Below are positions 25,335 to 38,675 of a stretch of DNA of 64,000 nucleotides, piece by piece (within the stretch, counting starts at the first letter, position 1; each line of letters starts with the position of its first letter). The position numbers and the translations under genes are program-made. The stretch is from Eledone cirrhosa. Taxonomy: Eukaryota. The stretch lies in contig OZ024740.1 in NCBI GenBank assembly GCA_964016885.1, positions 144,274,001 through 144,338,000 of the forward strand, in the 5' to 3' direction. The notes beneath the pieces were generated by a model, which was not told the DNA's origin, did not search any database, and was given only the letters and a program-made list of their open reading frames with translations.

Positions 25335-26322
25335 GTTGTCAAAACTGAATCAAGAACTAACATCAAATTTATGGTAAAACTCTGGTTGGAAGAAAAAGGA
25401 CATTATTGAAGCTTTGAGAAATGTTTATGGAGATACTTCCTTTTAAAACAATCAACAATTTACAAATGCTAACTCGTTTCAAACGACAAAATGGACTTGA
25501 AGCTGGTGAATGGACCAGCAGGCCTTCAACATCAGTTTGTGAAGAAAAAGATTGATGCTGTTCAAGATTTAATTGGAGACAGACAATTAACAGCAAAAAA
25601 AAAAAATATACCTCATACCCTAGAGTCTAGGGCCTAGACACCTCAGCTGGTTTAGTTCACACTATTTTAAGTAATAAATTAAAGCTGAGCAAACTTTCTG
25701 CCTGCACACAGATTAACAACAAACAAGAGCAGAGCTTTCTTTAGAAATTTTTAACAAATGGGATCAAAATCCAGAAGGCTTTCTGAGGCGAATTGTGACT
25801 GGAGATAAAACTTGGCTTTACTAGTATGATCCTGAAGACAAAGCTCAATCAAAGCAATGTTTACCCAAAGGTGGAAATGGTCTGGTCAAAGCAAGCGTGA
25901 ACCGTTGAGGAGAAAAAGGTTGTGGCAACAGTTTTTTTGGAGGTGTTGAGGTCATTTTGTTAATTGACTCCTTAGAGGGAAGAAAAATACTAACATCTAC
26001 TTATGAAAAGTTTTAAGAAAATTAGCCAGAAATTTGGCAGAAAAGCACCCTGGAAAACTTCAACAGAGTTCTTTTCCACCACAACAATGCTTCTGCCTAT
26101 CCTTCTTGTGAAACAAGGGGAACCATGTGGGAATTTCAACAGAAAATTATTAGACATCCACCCTACAGTTCTGATTTAGCACCCAATTTTTTTCTTATTT
26201 CCTAAAGTTAAACATGTTTTAAAAGGTACCGAATTTGAGACCATTAATAAATTAAAACCGACTAGTTTGACATGGTTAAATTCTCAGGACACTCAGTTCT
26301 ATCAGGATGGTATAAATGACTG
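25335..26322 (+). mobile_element. Mariner transposase fossil, irritans subfamily (Hsmar2-like)
   Basis: Broken frames: RTNIKFMVKL; RAELSLEI; NKWDQNPEGFLRRIVTGDKTWLY*YDPEDKAQSKQ; IIRHPPYSSDLAP; WLNSQDTQF. Confidence 0.9.
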
Positions 26323-26539
26323 ACAAAGTGTGTGTGTGCATGTGTAAGGTGCAGAAATCAAGCCAAGAATAGAATGTATGAGCAAGAATCGTCCTCCTGA
26401 CTGTCCTTTCTCGGATCATGACAACCCATCCAACCTATGCCAGCATGGAAAATGAACATAAAACAATGACCGTGTGTACGTGCTGTTTACATTATATTTA
26501 TGCCTTATAATTTAATAAAAAGACATAACTAAACTAAAG

Positions 26540-26712
26540 GTTTCTACTTTTGGCAAAGGCCAGCAATTACCCCAGTGCATTACTGGTGCTTTATTTTATC
26601 GACGCCGTAAGGATGAAAGGCAAAGTTAACCTCGGCGGGATTTGAACCCAGACCGTAAAGGGCCGTAACTATGCAGCAAAACTTGGCGTCCGATCCCCCT
26701 ACCGATACTGTC
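26540..26712 (-). mobile_element. tRNA-derived SINE, family A
   Basis: Reverse complement of 22640-22821. Confidence 0.85.
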
Positions 26713-27329
26713 ATGCTTTGTCCACTACTTTATTGATTCTGCTAGGTAAAACTGGAAAAAGTGGCATTAAATATCTAATAAATCTACAGCTATCACTCAG
26801 TTAATTATGACTTAGTAGTATGCATCATGCTTTCGCTAAGTGTTTTAGGTACTCATGCAGTTGCGAGTGGATACAGACACCATCTCAACCTTCTTTACTT
26901 CCCTTGATCCAGCAGAACATCCAGAATCTGACTGGTGTAAACAGAGAGAGCTGCACCAGCACTGAGTTAGTACTTGTTGACCTTGAGAGGATGAAAGGCA
27001 ATGTAGACCTCAATGGAATTTTAACTTAGAACATTGGATATTTGTTTTGAATCTCTCTAACAAGTAAACCACCTTAATCCATAACATCCTGTAGCAGGCA
27101 AAATCACATTAGCAAAATATTGAGAATTGAAAAATAAAAAAATAAATAAAAACAGCACAGGGACTGCATCACATTAAAACTTAAGTCTAGTTCACTGAAC
27201 ATTTTCACAATGATCTGTCCATTAGTAAAGATGCTATAAACATTTGAATTAACAAAACCATTTAAAAATATTTTATGCTAAAAATTCATACATAAAATAA
27301 CTTTTGAATGATGCTATATATTGTTAAAC

Positions 27330-27542
27330 TTGACCCATTTGATACTAAACTGCCTGAAAAAATATTCATATTTATCTAAAAACCATCCATCATGATTTTA
27401 TGTAAGAACCCTTCCAATGTGATCCAACCACCACCTTAATAACGAAAAAGTTTGTTATATTACTAAATTCCTTCAAACTTCGAAATAATATGGAAATCAT
27501 AGGTAGTGGTTTTCATAAGAAATATGGTAATAAAAGAGTTAA
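27330..27542. mobile_element. piggyBac-like MITE, family 2 (uninterrupted copy)
   Basis: ttgacccatttgatac...ggtaataaaagagttaa. Related copies at 40609-40925, 47291-49466 and about 57304-57510. Confidence 0.6.
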
Positions 27543-28229
27543 CCAAATGTTAGAACCTGAAATCAAAATAGCTTAGAATGAAGATAAACAAGACTAGAGC
27601 TAATCATCAATATAAAACCAGACTACTATTTATCAATATGAAAAATAAAAAGCATTTGGTATCTGTGCATGTTTTTGAAAAGCTGATTATATTGGTGTAG
27701 TTAATGTGTGGAACTATCATGTGTCTTATTTAAAATAAATACAGTATCTTAATACTTTCCGATACTTACTGAAAATACGCATTACTGCTTAATGCTTGTG
27801 ATTGGTACCAAAGAAGGTATTCAGATGTAAAACATCTGTACATCATTTCTACATCTGACTTTTTTATGTTGGCATGGGTTGAATAAAACTTTTTGAACGC
27901 AGTATTCTACAGTTCGATGCCAAGTCTTACTTGCTTTAAGTACTGATCTTCACACATCAAACTGCTGAGTGGCAGTTATGTGGAACATAAATAAACATCA
28001 CTGCCAGAGCAAACAGTATCAAATGCAAAGCAAAGATGCAGAGACAAACACATACATATACAGCAGCCAAATTCACCCACAAGGTAATGATCAGCCCAAA
28101 GCTATAGTAGATGCTATCTCAGTGCCACACAAGAGAACCCAAAATACTTGTATCTAAGATTTTTAAAAACAAAAAAATATGCTCTTCATTCTAAAACAAT
28201 TCTTTTAGGAAAAAATGTATAGAAAACAA

Positions 28230-28727
28230 TCATCATCTTCGTTTAACGTCCATCTTCCACGCTAGCATGGGTTAGACGGGAGTTGTCCCACTTGAGGCAA
28301 GGTTGGTCGGGTGACTGTGTCTCGCTCATATAGGACTCTCTGGCAGGTTTTCTACGGCAAGATGACCTTCCTAACACCAACCACATTTACAGTGTGGAAC
28401 TGGGAACTTTTTACCGTGTTACCTACATGGCCACATTACAGAGTGGACTGTGTTTTTTTGTCGTGACACCTACATGATCTCGATCTCATTTATTTGGACT
28501 GGATGTTGTGGTACCAACTTTACAGAGAGAGGGTGGTGTTGGTGGGAGTGGAAGGATAGGGTGGTGTTGGTGGGAGTGGAAGGATAGGGTAGTGGATTGG
28601 GGTGTATATTTGGTTAAGAGGTGCCTACTGACTGTAGGTTTCGCTTTGTACATAGGCAAGGTGGGTCTTCTGTATTACTGCGTAGCGCCAAAGATCTCGG
28701 TCCAGTGACATTGTCTTAGAGAGGTGC
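28230..28727 (-). mobile_element. RTE 3' end (last codons, long UTR and tail)
   Basis: Reverse complement of about 5690-6150. Contains a 28-bp local duplication at about 28533-28590. Confidence 0.85.
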
Positions 28728-28959
28728 AAAATGGAAACGCGGACATAAAATGATGATGATATATATATATTATATATATATTATATTTGGATACTCAATG
28801 ACATGCAATAAGGTACCACTTTTCCAAATTTTGCTTTGCTTCAATGGGCTATTCATATCAATACTACACCGAGTTCTAATAAGGCTATAAATCCTACCAG
28901 TTCAGCACCAACCCTCATGGTTCTTTGTCATTTCTGTTGCGAGGTTTAGTGTTTTACAG

Positions 28960-29225
28960 TCAGTCTTCACAACCTCACCCATGTTTTCCTGGGTCTGCCT
29001 CTTCCACGGGTCCCAGTCGCTGGGGTTTCTTCGCAGTTTTTAATGCAGTTTCTATTTTCCATACGCATGTCCATACCAACACAGTCTCTCTTGCACACTA
29101 CATCCAATTCGTCTTATGTCGAGTTTTCCCTCAGTTTGCTTATGCTATGTCACTCATACACACTAACATTACACATCCACCAGAACATAGCCGATTCGTT
29201 TCTAGCTGCCACAGATCTGCAGTCA
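28960..29225 (-). mobile_element. Decayed RTE fragment
   Basis: Reverse strand gives LERNES.MFWWMCNV and RGRPRKTW remnants. Confidence 0.65.
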
Positions 29226-29362
29226 AATATACATATATATACACACACACACACACACACATGAAATGTATGGACGAGGTGTGGTCACTCCAACCCGTCT
29301 GGTTTCAGATGGTGACAACTTGTCCAACCCATGCCAGCATGGAAAGCTGGTGTAAATTGATG

Positions 29363-31085
29363 ATCAAAATCAGCAGTGGAGGAGAGTGCTCTGAAAGTGT
29401 AGTAGCCAGAGTTATAAGGGGATGGAAAAAGTTCAGAGTGCTAATACCGCTGTTGGCCACAAGGGGTTTTTCTCTAAAAGGCAGATTGTATGATGCTTGT
29501 ATACAAACAGTGATATTACATGATAGTGAGACCTGGGAGTTGTGTGCTGAAGACTTGTGTAGATTAGAAAGAAATGAAGCTTGCATGCTCCAATGGATGT
29601 GTAATAGAAATGTGCATGAACGGCGAAGCATAAACGAATTGAGAGAGAGACTAAGCATAAGAGGTGTCAAATGTGTTCTGGAGAGGAGATTGCGTTGGTA
29701 TGGCAATGTCATGCGTATGAATGGCGACAGCTGTGTAAAAAAGTGCAGGGCAATGAAAATGGACTGGCTGTGGACAAGTGTACCACCATGCATTTTGGGA
29801 GTAAAAACAGCGTCCACATACTCCCTCCACAACACTAATATCAAGATCTTCTTGTGAACGTGACCTGGGCATTACTGTCAGGCATGGATACATTGAAGCT
29901 CTGACGTCTGGCAACTGACTTGGTAAACACCCACAAAATTATTAACCATCTTGCCAACAACAACCCTGAGCACCTTTTTGATTTCCACGTGTCTAACACA
30001 TGTGGGCATGCCAACAAAGTCAGAAAATAGCACAGCTCCCATGACTTTCGGAAACATTTTTTCACACTCAGAGTTGCTGAAGCATGGAACAAACTACCTG
30101 CATCAGTTGTTAGCTGTCGAGACACTGCATCCTTTAAAACCTCCATGCTTCCCGAGATTCGCCAACACTACACCTAGTACTCCCCCTCCATACACGCACA
30201 CATATATATATATATCACGACTTATACACTATTCACTTCCCTGACATTTGTATATTATTCTATGTACTATACATGCACCTTTGATGAGTTGTAGTGCACC
30301 TGAGCACTGTACACAATAATTTCATTATTATTATTATATTTCATTTCATTTCATTTCACGTCTGCTTTTTCCCTGCTTGCAAGGGTGGGACGGGAACTGA
30401 TTCTGGCTTGATTTCTACAGCTGGATGCCCTTCCTAACACCAACCTCATTTACAGTGAGTGCTGGGTGCTTTTTTGCCGTGGCACCTCCACGACCACTTT
30501 GCAGTGGAATGATAGGGACCCCTGTCCCTATCATCTCATTTCTACAGCTGAGTAAACTGGAGCAATGTGAAATAAAGTGTCTTGCTCAAGGAAACAACAC
30601 ATCATCCGGTCTGAGAATTGAACTCACAACCTTTCGATTGCAAGGCCAATGCTCTAACCATAAGCCATATGCCCCCATTTATATTATTATAAAATTGATG
30701 GAAGCTATGGAGTGGATAGACCAAGAAAAACCTGGGATGAAGTGATAAAAACTGACCTTGCTCACTTACATCTCTCTAAGACAATATCACTGGATTGAGA
30801 TCTTTGGCGCCATGCACTTGTACAGAAGTCCCACCTTCCCTTGAATACAAATCTACAGTCAGTAGGCACCTCTTAACCCAATATACACCCCACCCCATTT
30901 CCAGCCACACTGTAAAGTGGTCATGTAAGGAGACAGTAAAAAGTCTCCCAGCCCACACTAAATATGGTTAGTGTTAGGAAGGGCATCCAGCCATAGAAAA
31001 CCTGCCAGAGACACTTCCACACGAGCGAGACACGGTCTCCCAACCAATCCCACATCATATGGACATTAAACGACGATGATGATGG
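29363..31085 (+). mobile_element. RTE fragment split by nested CR1 and SINE insertions
   Basis: KISSGG...RRLRWYG...KCRAMKMD breaks at about 29763. It resumes at about 30690 (KIDGSYGVDRPRKTW) and runs to a (GAT)n tail at about 31085. Confidence 0.8.
29764..30336 (+). mobile_element. CR1-clade LINE 3' fragment with internal deletion
   Basis: KCTTMHFG, ERDLGITV, GMDTL.L.RL and RKHFFTLRVAEAWNKLP, with an (ATT)n tail. Paralogue at 59036-59785. Confidence 0.85.
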
Positions 31086-31206
31086 TGGTGGTGGTGGTGG
31101 TGATGGTGATGGCAACCATGTGTTGACTTTTAGATCCTCAACATCCTATTTAAAACTGATATCTTGTACCTCCTTTCAGGATTTCTCTTCACTTCTTGGT
31201 ATTAGA

Positions 31207-31545
31207 ATCATCATCGTTTAACGTCTATCTTCCACGCTAGCATAGATTAGACGGGAATTGTCCCACTTGTGGCAAGATTGATTGGATGACCGTGTCTCGC
31301 TTGTACAAGACTGTATCTGGCAGGTTTTCTAACACCAACCACATTTAAATGCGTAACGCCAAAGGTCTCGATCCAGTGACATTGTCTTAGTGAGGTGTAA
31401 GTGTGCAAGGTTGGATTTTATCATGTCGTCCCAGGTTTTTCTGGGTCTACCTACTCCCGTAACTTCCATCAATTTTGATGGCCCTGCACTTTTTAATATA
31501 GCTGTCATCTTTCATGCACATCACATGACCATACCAACGTAATCT
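31207..31545 (-). mobile_element. RTE 3' fragment with deleted UTR
   Basis: Reverse strand gives LRWYGHV...GRPRKTWD and a (GAT)n tail at 31207-31215. Confidence 0.8.
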
Positions 31546-34500
31546 CAAGTAAACAGCATAAAATTTTCTTTTGGTCTACCAAATGCAGATTAAACATTTC
31601 AGTGCTTCATTAATACTGTATTTTGCAGTTTACCTATTGTTTATGCTTATCATTTTACATCCACTTTCTAAGCTGGCATGGACTGAACAGGTTGAAATAG
31701 TCTGAGAGCAAACGGGTCAGAGCAAGCCTTCTTGCTTTTGACCTTCCATATTTGGCATGGTTTCTACAACTGGATACCCTTCCTAGTGCCAACCACTTTA
31801 CAGGGTGTAGTTGGTGCGAATGAGAAAGTTTATTACTAAATTGTTCCAAATTCATATTTTTTCAAAATTAAATAAACATCACATGCAGTGTATTCCATTA
31901 GGAATAAAGTAATGAAAAGGTTAAAATCATGAATGCCTGAGCTGACACTGACTGATATGTCAGCTCAATCTGATGCACCACTTTGTTAGTCTATATATCA
32001 GACATTGGCATCTTTCAGCAATCTGTTAATGGTGTTTGGCAACCACTTTCTTTTTTTCCAAGCATCTCAAACCTGCTGAAATGAAGTACACTACTTTGGG
32101 GTAAGATACTTGTGATTTGATTGCTAAAGTACAACTGAAGTGTACCAAAAGAAAATGTAATGCTGCTGCTGAGAAATACTGGCTTGTACAATGCACCGGA
32201 AACTCTTGTACATCATGCAGGAAAGTTTAAGTTTGTTTTACTCATGGTTGTAATTGAGTGATCATAGTTTAGGGAGTATCTATTGTCTAAAAAAAAAAAA
32301 AAAGGTATGAATGAAAAATACCGAGCAATCTCTATTCCATCTGAATATAATTATTTTCTTCAAATGAAATTAGTAAAATTGGGTCATAATATATGAGAAT
32401 AGCTAGTGTGAACATAAGAAACTAAATGAGTATATCTGAATATTGCCACAGAAAAGACAACTGAAGTAAATATTATTTTGGGATAATTATTCAGATTTAA
32501 CTGGAGATTTCTAAAAAAAATATGACAAGTGCTACCAACAGCCAAAATAAATAAATGAAAAATATAGCAATATTAGATTTCTCATGAATTGAAAATGATA
32601 AAAGTAAAACAAATGCTAGTGATAAGTTTAAACCTACTGAAGCTGTCAGAGAAAATGAATATATAAGAGGAAATATTGATATTTCATCGATCCATGCAAT
32701 CTCAGTAATAGCGATGATTTAATAGAAAATATCTAAAAACAAATGTTTATATTATCTTTACTGGTGGACAAACCATAGTGAAAATTCACAGTATAAGCAT
32801 AAAGACTAATTTTTAGTATGATACAGTCATAGAACTGCTTTGTACTTTTAAAGAATATCTTGATGCAGTTTCATGCAGTTCAGGACATTAAGAGTTAAAG
32901 AATGAATACCTGATACCAGATTTCAACAAATACCTCAGAACATACTGTTTAAAACGATCACTGATGATTGTTATTTTTACATTATTATTATTATTATTAT
33001 ATATATCAGTGTACCCATATCATTTTATTAATTATAGAGTGGTACATCCATTCAAAACATCTGGTAAAAGCATTGATGTCTTACCTAAAGTCTTCACATT
33101 TTGTATTTCATAGTAAAATCTAACAAATAATTTGTAAATATAAATCCTGCTTCCCATAAAAATGATATATAAGCAGTTACTTCTGTTATCAAAATTGGCA
33201 GTTTCTTACATTTTTAACTGATGCACTGAATATTTTAATGATAGTTATAAAAATTTAATTGAAAATGATACTAGTGAAGGCAAATGGCCTAGTGGTTAGG
33301 GGGTTGCATTAATGATCACAAGTTTTCAGAACTGATTTGCGAAACATGGCCTGTTGTGTTCTTGAGCAAGATGCTTTATTTATTGTTGATTTTCATAAGA
33401 CTAGATAGAGCATCTGTCATTAAAAAAAATACCCAAGAACTCATCTCAAAGATAGTCAGCTAAACCTACATATGTGTGAGCTGTAGATTTTATTTTAATT
33501 TTTTCATAACTATAGATTAGATGAACATATCAAAAAGCTTTTAAAACAGAACACAAAATGCATTCCACCAGTAGGTTTAACCATGTAGAAATTCCCTTTC
33601 ATGTAAAATGTAAAAGATACAAATTAAAAACAAATACTTTCATGGTAGCTAAATTGAAATTATCCTTGGCATCATGCATGAAAGAAGAATCACTACACAT
33701 GTAGACACACACAGTACCTGCATATCTATTTCTCTTCCATAATCATATCTTCTATCATTCTTTTGCCCCAGTTTCTGCCCAGCACATTGCTCTTTTCTAT
33801 GCACACATACATAATGGAAAGTGCTCAGCACCCAAATTAACACCTACTTTTACCAATTTAAAATATGTGGATCAGAGGAGAGTTCTCAAAAGGTAAGGTA
33901 AGTTAGTATTTTTAATATATCAAGAAGATTACATCATCTTAGTTTTCAAGTTGAATTAGTATGTTTGTATGGTAATAAGCAAATAAGTGAGCTATTTAGC
34001 AGAAAATATGTTATCTTGACTAAGCTTACAAATTAAAGTTTACAACATTATGAAGGAGATGAAGGGAAAATTTACAGGTGTGCATGTTTAATGCACCTTG
34101 TGTTAAATATTTCAAATATAAAAACCAAAGGCTGGCAAACTATGGCCTCATGCCTCATTTCAACAGTACACCAACTTCACTGAGTATGCGATGTTGCATG
34201 CAAAATTTCCTTTTTCTTATATTTGGTTAGTAAACCAAAAAATCCAGTATTGAAAAATAGAGCAAAAGTTTTTTTGTTTTTTTTACACTGGCCTCAAATT
34301 AATCCGCTTTATAATAAATAAAAAGGATGAAGGAAGAGACACAGATTCCTTCAGTTAATAAAAAAAAAAAACGCAAATTTTAAGGAGTAAACGTTTTCAC
34401 CCTCATAAATGAATGGAATATGTTAGAGATTAACAGTATCTTATGTGCTGCTGCAATATAAAGAGGGAATTACAAAAGAATATGCTTACATGTCTGTTGA

Positions 34501-35567
34501 GGAAAGTGGATAAACTGACTGGTGTCATGTTTACTCCGAAGCCACAATTAACCCCATTTACTCTAGTTAAAATGCTTTTACCCTTCTCTGTATACTGTGT
34601 CCTACATGGTACATCAGGGTTTATTTTAAGGAAATTTTAGAACTGCACAAATCTTTGATAGGTGCCATGGCCCTGTGTTTGACATTCTCCGAGTCTGAAA
34701 AGCATTTGTAATGGCATTTTATGTATGTTTTAAGTTTTAAACTATCATTTACCACTATCATTGTGTATACATGGCAAATGATAGTTTAAAACTTAAAACA
34801 TGTAGAATGTGACACAAAATTAAATTTAGAATTACACAAGCAAGGGTCAAATACATGTTATAATAATCACTGACACATAATTTTTACATCATCAAATGTG
34901 TAAGTGATTCTCTCATTGCAATAGGTGATATTCTATTATTTTTTTAATTGTTCTATAATGACCAATCAGAGATTTGTACCCTGGCAGGCATTTTGGCTCT
35001 ATAATGCAAAACAAGACAATCTAGCTTCTTTTTTTTTTTTTTTTTTTTTTACTACTTGTCAACTGGCAGTTTGAGCAGCTGTCTGTTCTTACACTTTCTA
35101 ACATAACATTGTTGGAAAGCAGGTTGACTTCATTTGTCCATTTTGAGCTATCTTAACTCTTTCTTTACAATATTTGTGAATTAATGAAGAATTTGGAGCA
35201 ATTTACTAAGATTATTATTTCTTTATTCAGATGATATTATTTTAAATAGGAACCCTTTAAAATAGGTGGTTTTGCAAGGACATACTGTTTAGCAATAATC
35301 ACACACATCATCATCATTGCTTTTACATTGACTTTTCTAGGCTGGCATGGATAGAACATTTTGAGGCAATGTGTTACAACCAGATGCCCTTCCTGACACC
35401 AACCCCTTTAGTTGCTTCTTATGATATGCAGAGATACAGTATGCCTATATTAAACTGAACACAGACATGATAGTAGTGATATCCTAAGGCTATAGTATTT
35501 TGCACATACACACACACAAGAAAAAAGGTGAAAAATGTACTCAATGTCATGTCTTTAAATAATATTT

Positions 35568-35750
35568 GTTTCTATTTTAGGTACAAGGCCAGCAATTACC
35601 CAGTACATTACTGGTACTTTATTTTATCAACCCCGTAAGGATGAAAGGCAAAGTTAACCTCGGCAGGATTTGAACTCAGATCATAAAGGGACGTAACTAT
35701 GCTGGAAAGCATGTCCGACCCTCTACTGATACTGCCAATTCACCACCCTT
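35568..35750 (-). mobile_element. tRNA-derived SINE, family A
   Basis: Reverse complement of 22636-22821. Confidence 0.85.
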
Positions 35751-35899
35751 TAAATAAACACCATGTCTTTAAATAATATTGAAGGATGGAATGCTTTCTA
35801 ACTGGGGAAAAAAAACCAAAACAACAAAGCAATGAGCATATGTAGAGAGACTATTGCAATGCTAAAGGAATATAATAAATGTAGACATCACTAAACAAA

Positions 35900-37290
35900 G
35901 CATCCCTCTTATTATTCTCATCTAGCAAAAGAGCTATACCATGAGAAATATGAAGACTTGAAACAGATTATTTTATCACAGCACTTGTTTTCCACAAATG
36001 CTAATAATGAAGCTGCATCTAAAGCTAGTTTGAGAGTAGATTATTTTTGCTGCCTAAGAAAGGAAAACTATTTACTGACAGTGAATTAATTAAATTTTGT
36101 ATGAGAGCAACAGCTGAAAAACTATGTCAAGAAAAAAATAAATCCAAAAATATTTGTCTTTCTGTGAAAACAATAGCTAGAAGAGTTGAAGACATGAGAC
36201 ATTATCCTATGCCAATTAAAGAATAAAACAAGATTTTTTAGTGGTTTCTCCCATTCTTGATGAATCAATAGATGTATCTGACAATTTGATGTTGCTATTG
36301 TTTATTCAGGGAATTAATGTTAGCTTTGAAACGATGGAAGAACTAGATTCAGTGAGCAACCTGCAGAGAACTACAGGGGAAGACATTTTCAAATAGAGAG
36401 AGAAAAATCATTGACTAAATATAAACTGGTTTGGAAATGTCTAAGTGTATTACAATTAATGGTGGGATTCAGTAAAAGGTTTTGCTGGACAAGATTATAT
36501 AAAGCTTGTGATAGAGGATGTCCAAAACCTATAGTGTTTCACATTTTACAGTAGGCACTTTGTTAAAAACAAATCTTTTATAGAATAGAAAGTCATATCA
36601 ACAGTAAATTTTATTCAATTGTATGCATCCAATCACCATTTTTAACATTATTGGAATAAATTAAAACGGAATAGAGTGATTTGCAGTACCACACTGCTGT
36701 ATGATAGCTTAGTAGTAGTAAAGTTATCTTGAATTCTTTTAAAAACTTCAAATGGAGATTGCAATTTTTTGGAATGAGAAAAATCTTGCTCAGCTGCTAC
36801 TTGCAAACAGTGAATGATTATAGAAATTGGTATTCTCAGTTGACATAATGACATGTTCAATCTTGGATTACAAGGCAATTTTTATCTTATATGCAACATA
36901 TACTCTGCAGTGAAAGTTTTTCCATGTAGATTAATGTTTTTTTTCATGCCCAGTTAATAATACAACTAAGAAGCCAATTCTCTATGTACTTTCAAATTTG
37001 CTGTAGACATCCTAATGAGTCTGAAGCTATACAGTAGTTTTAGTAATGTTTTTTCAGATCTCCTGTAAAATCCGAAAGTATTAAAAACCTTTCAAGGAAA
37101 AAAACTTGACTGAATTTTATAATTCCCAGACATAGGCTATACATCTTTAAAATTCTTTGCTCAGAAAATGTTTTCAGCATTTAACACAACCTATTCAAGT
37201 GAAAGAATATTTTGAAAGATAAAATATATAAAATCTGTTTATAGGTCAGAGTTAACCAATCCCCACTTGCTGTTAACTTTGATTACAGAA
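35900..37290 (+). mobile_element. hAT transposase fossil (Buster/SPIN/GTF2IRD2-like)
   Basis: Broken frames: KASLRV...KKGKLFTDSELIKFCM; LDESIDVSD...LLLFIQGI; C-terminal TTYSSERIF...KSVYRSELTNPHL dimerisation-like motif. Confidence 0.75.
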
Positions 37291-37424
37291 ATCATAATTT
37301 CATGTTATTTTGTACCAGACACCTCAAAATATATAAAGTTCTCCTTGGTTGATAGGGCATGGAAGTTTATGTAGGTATACACTCCTATAATAAAAAACAA
37401 AGTAACTAAAAATATAGGTATATC

Positions 37425-37790
37425 GAAATACTCGGTTTGGTGTCAGAGTGTGCAGTTAGCCCATCAGGAGAGATTCCTAGTTTTTGTTAGGACAAGGAAA
37501 TCTGATGTAAAACCCTCAACTTCATGGTAACCAATGACCTGTTCTTTTTGGATATCTGTCACCATTGTTCAGAGTGGGATTGATCCAGTGCAAGGCGTTT
37601 CTTTTACTTAAAAAAGCCTCAAGCACAGGCATGACTTGATCTCAAAGACTTTCACATGTTGCGTGAACATGGTCTTTCTTTTTTTCTTTCGCTGCAGCAT
37701 ATGCAGCTAAAAAGTTATTCGTGCCACCTATGTATAAGAAAAGGGTCAAGAGTTGGCAATTCTCGAAACCGAGATGCAGTCATTATATAT
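37425..37790 (-). repeat. Unclassified ~420-bp interspersed repeat, copy 2
   Basis: Inverted copy of 14400-14825. Confidence 0.75.
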
Positions 37791-38644
37791 TACACAGTCT
37801 TGTACAGATCTAAAAGACAAAAACATTTACAATCCAGACTGCCTTCAAAAATAGTGCTGACCCCGATTCAAACTATTGCCTTTATAAAATAAAATCAGTT
37901 CTGTTTATCAGCTAAATGAATAGATACTAAAAGTAAACAATTCCAGTATTCGTTCCACTGCAAAATTTGAAATTACACAAAATCACTAAGTTATAACAAA
38001 AGGGAAAGAACTAAATTTTGTAGTAAATCTACTTCAGCATAATAAACAGAATAAGGAAAAATGAATAAATAAACTCCTAAAAAAATTAATTTGCTTATTT
38101 CCTAACTGATTACATCAGCTGCTGAGTTTTTAACAGCATACGACAAAGAAATTTGAATTTAACTACTAAATATATACAAGTAAATCAATCTAATAAAAAC
38201 AAAACTAGTATTTAGTAAACAGTTTAATAGAAACCCAAAATATCGTTTTAGATAATTAGTTTTAAGATAAAAAAAAAAAATGCAGATTTTCCAGTCTTGA
38301 TAAAACCATGTTTATTACTTTACCAACAATAAATAAATAAAAATATTTAAAAAACTTTTGATAACATCAGCAAGATGAAAATTATTGAACTATCCTTACA
38401 ACTAACTTCAATTTATCTATTTTATAGAATTAGGAAAATACATATTTTTACAAGTGTCTTCCACACTGGCACTTGTTTATGCTCTACATAAACAATGTCC
38501 TGCAGCTCAGTGTATTGCGTGAAGATCAAAAGAATAAGTAGCTTACATAAAATTAAGTAAAAATTACCATTAAGAAGGCTATCCAGTCATAAAGTATTAC
38601 TTCATAAATATCTCATCTAGTCCATGCTAGCATAGAAAAATGTG

Positions 38645-38675
<31 letters not shown>

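Noticed and set aside
28925-29857. 310-aa ORF
   Set aside because: Chance read-through across an antisense RTE, a microsatellite, a sense RTE and a CR1 piece.
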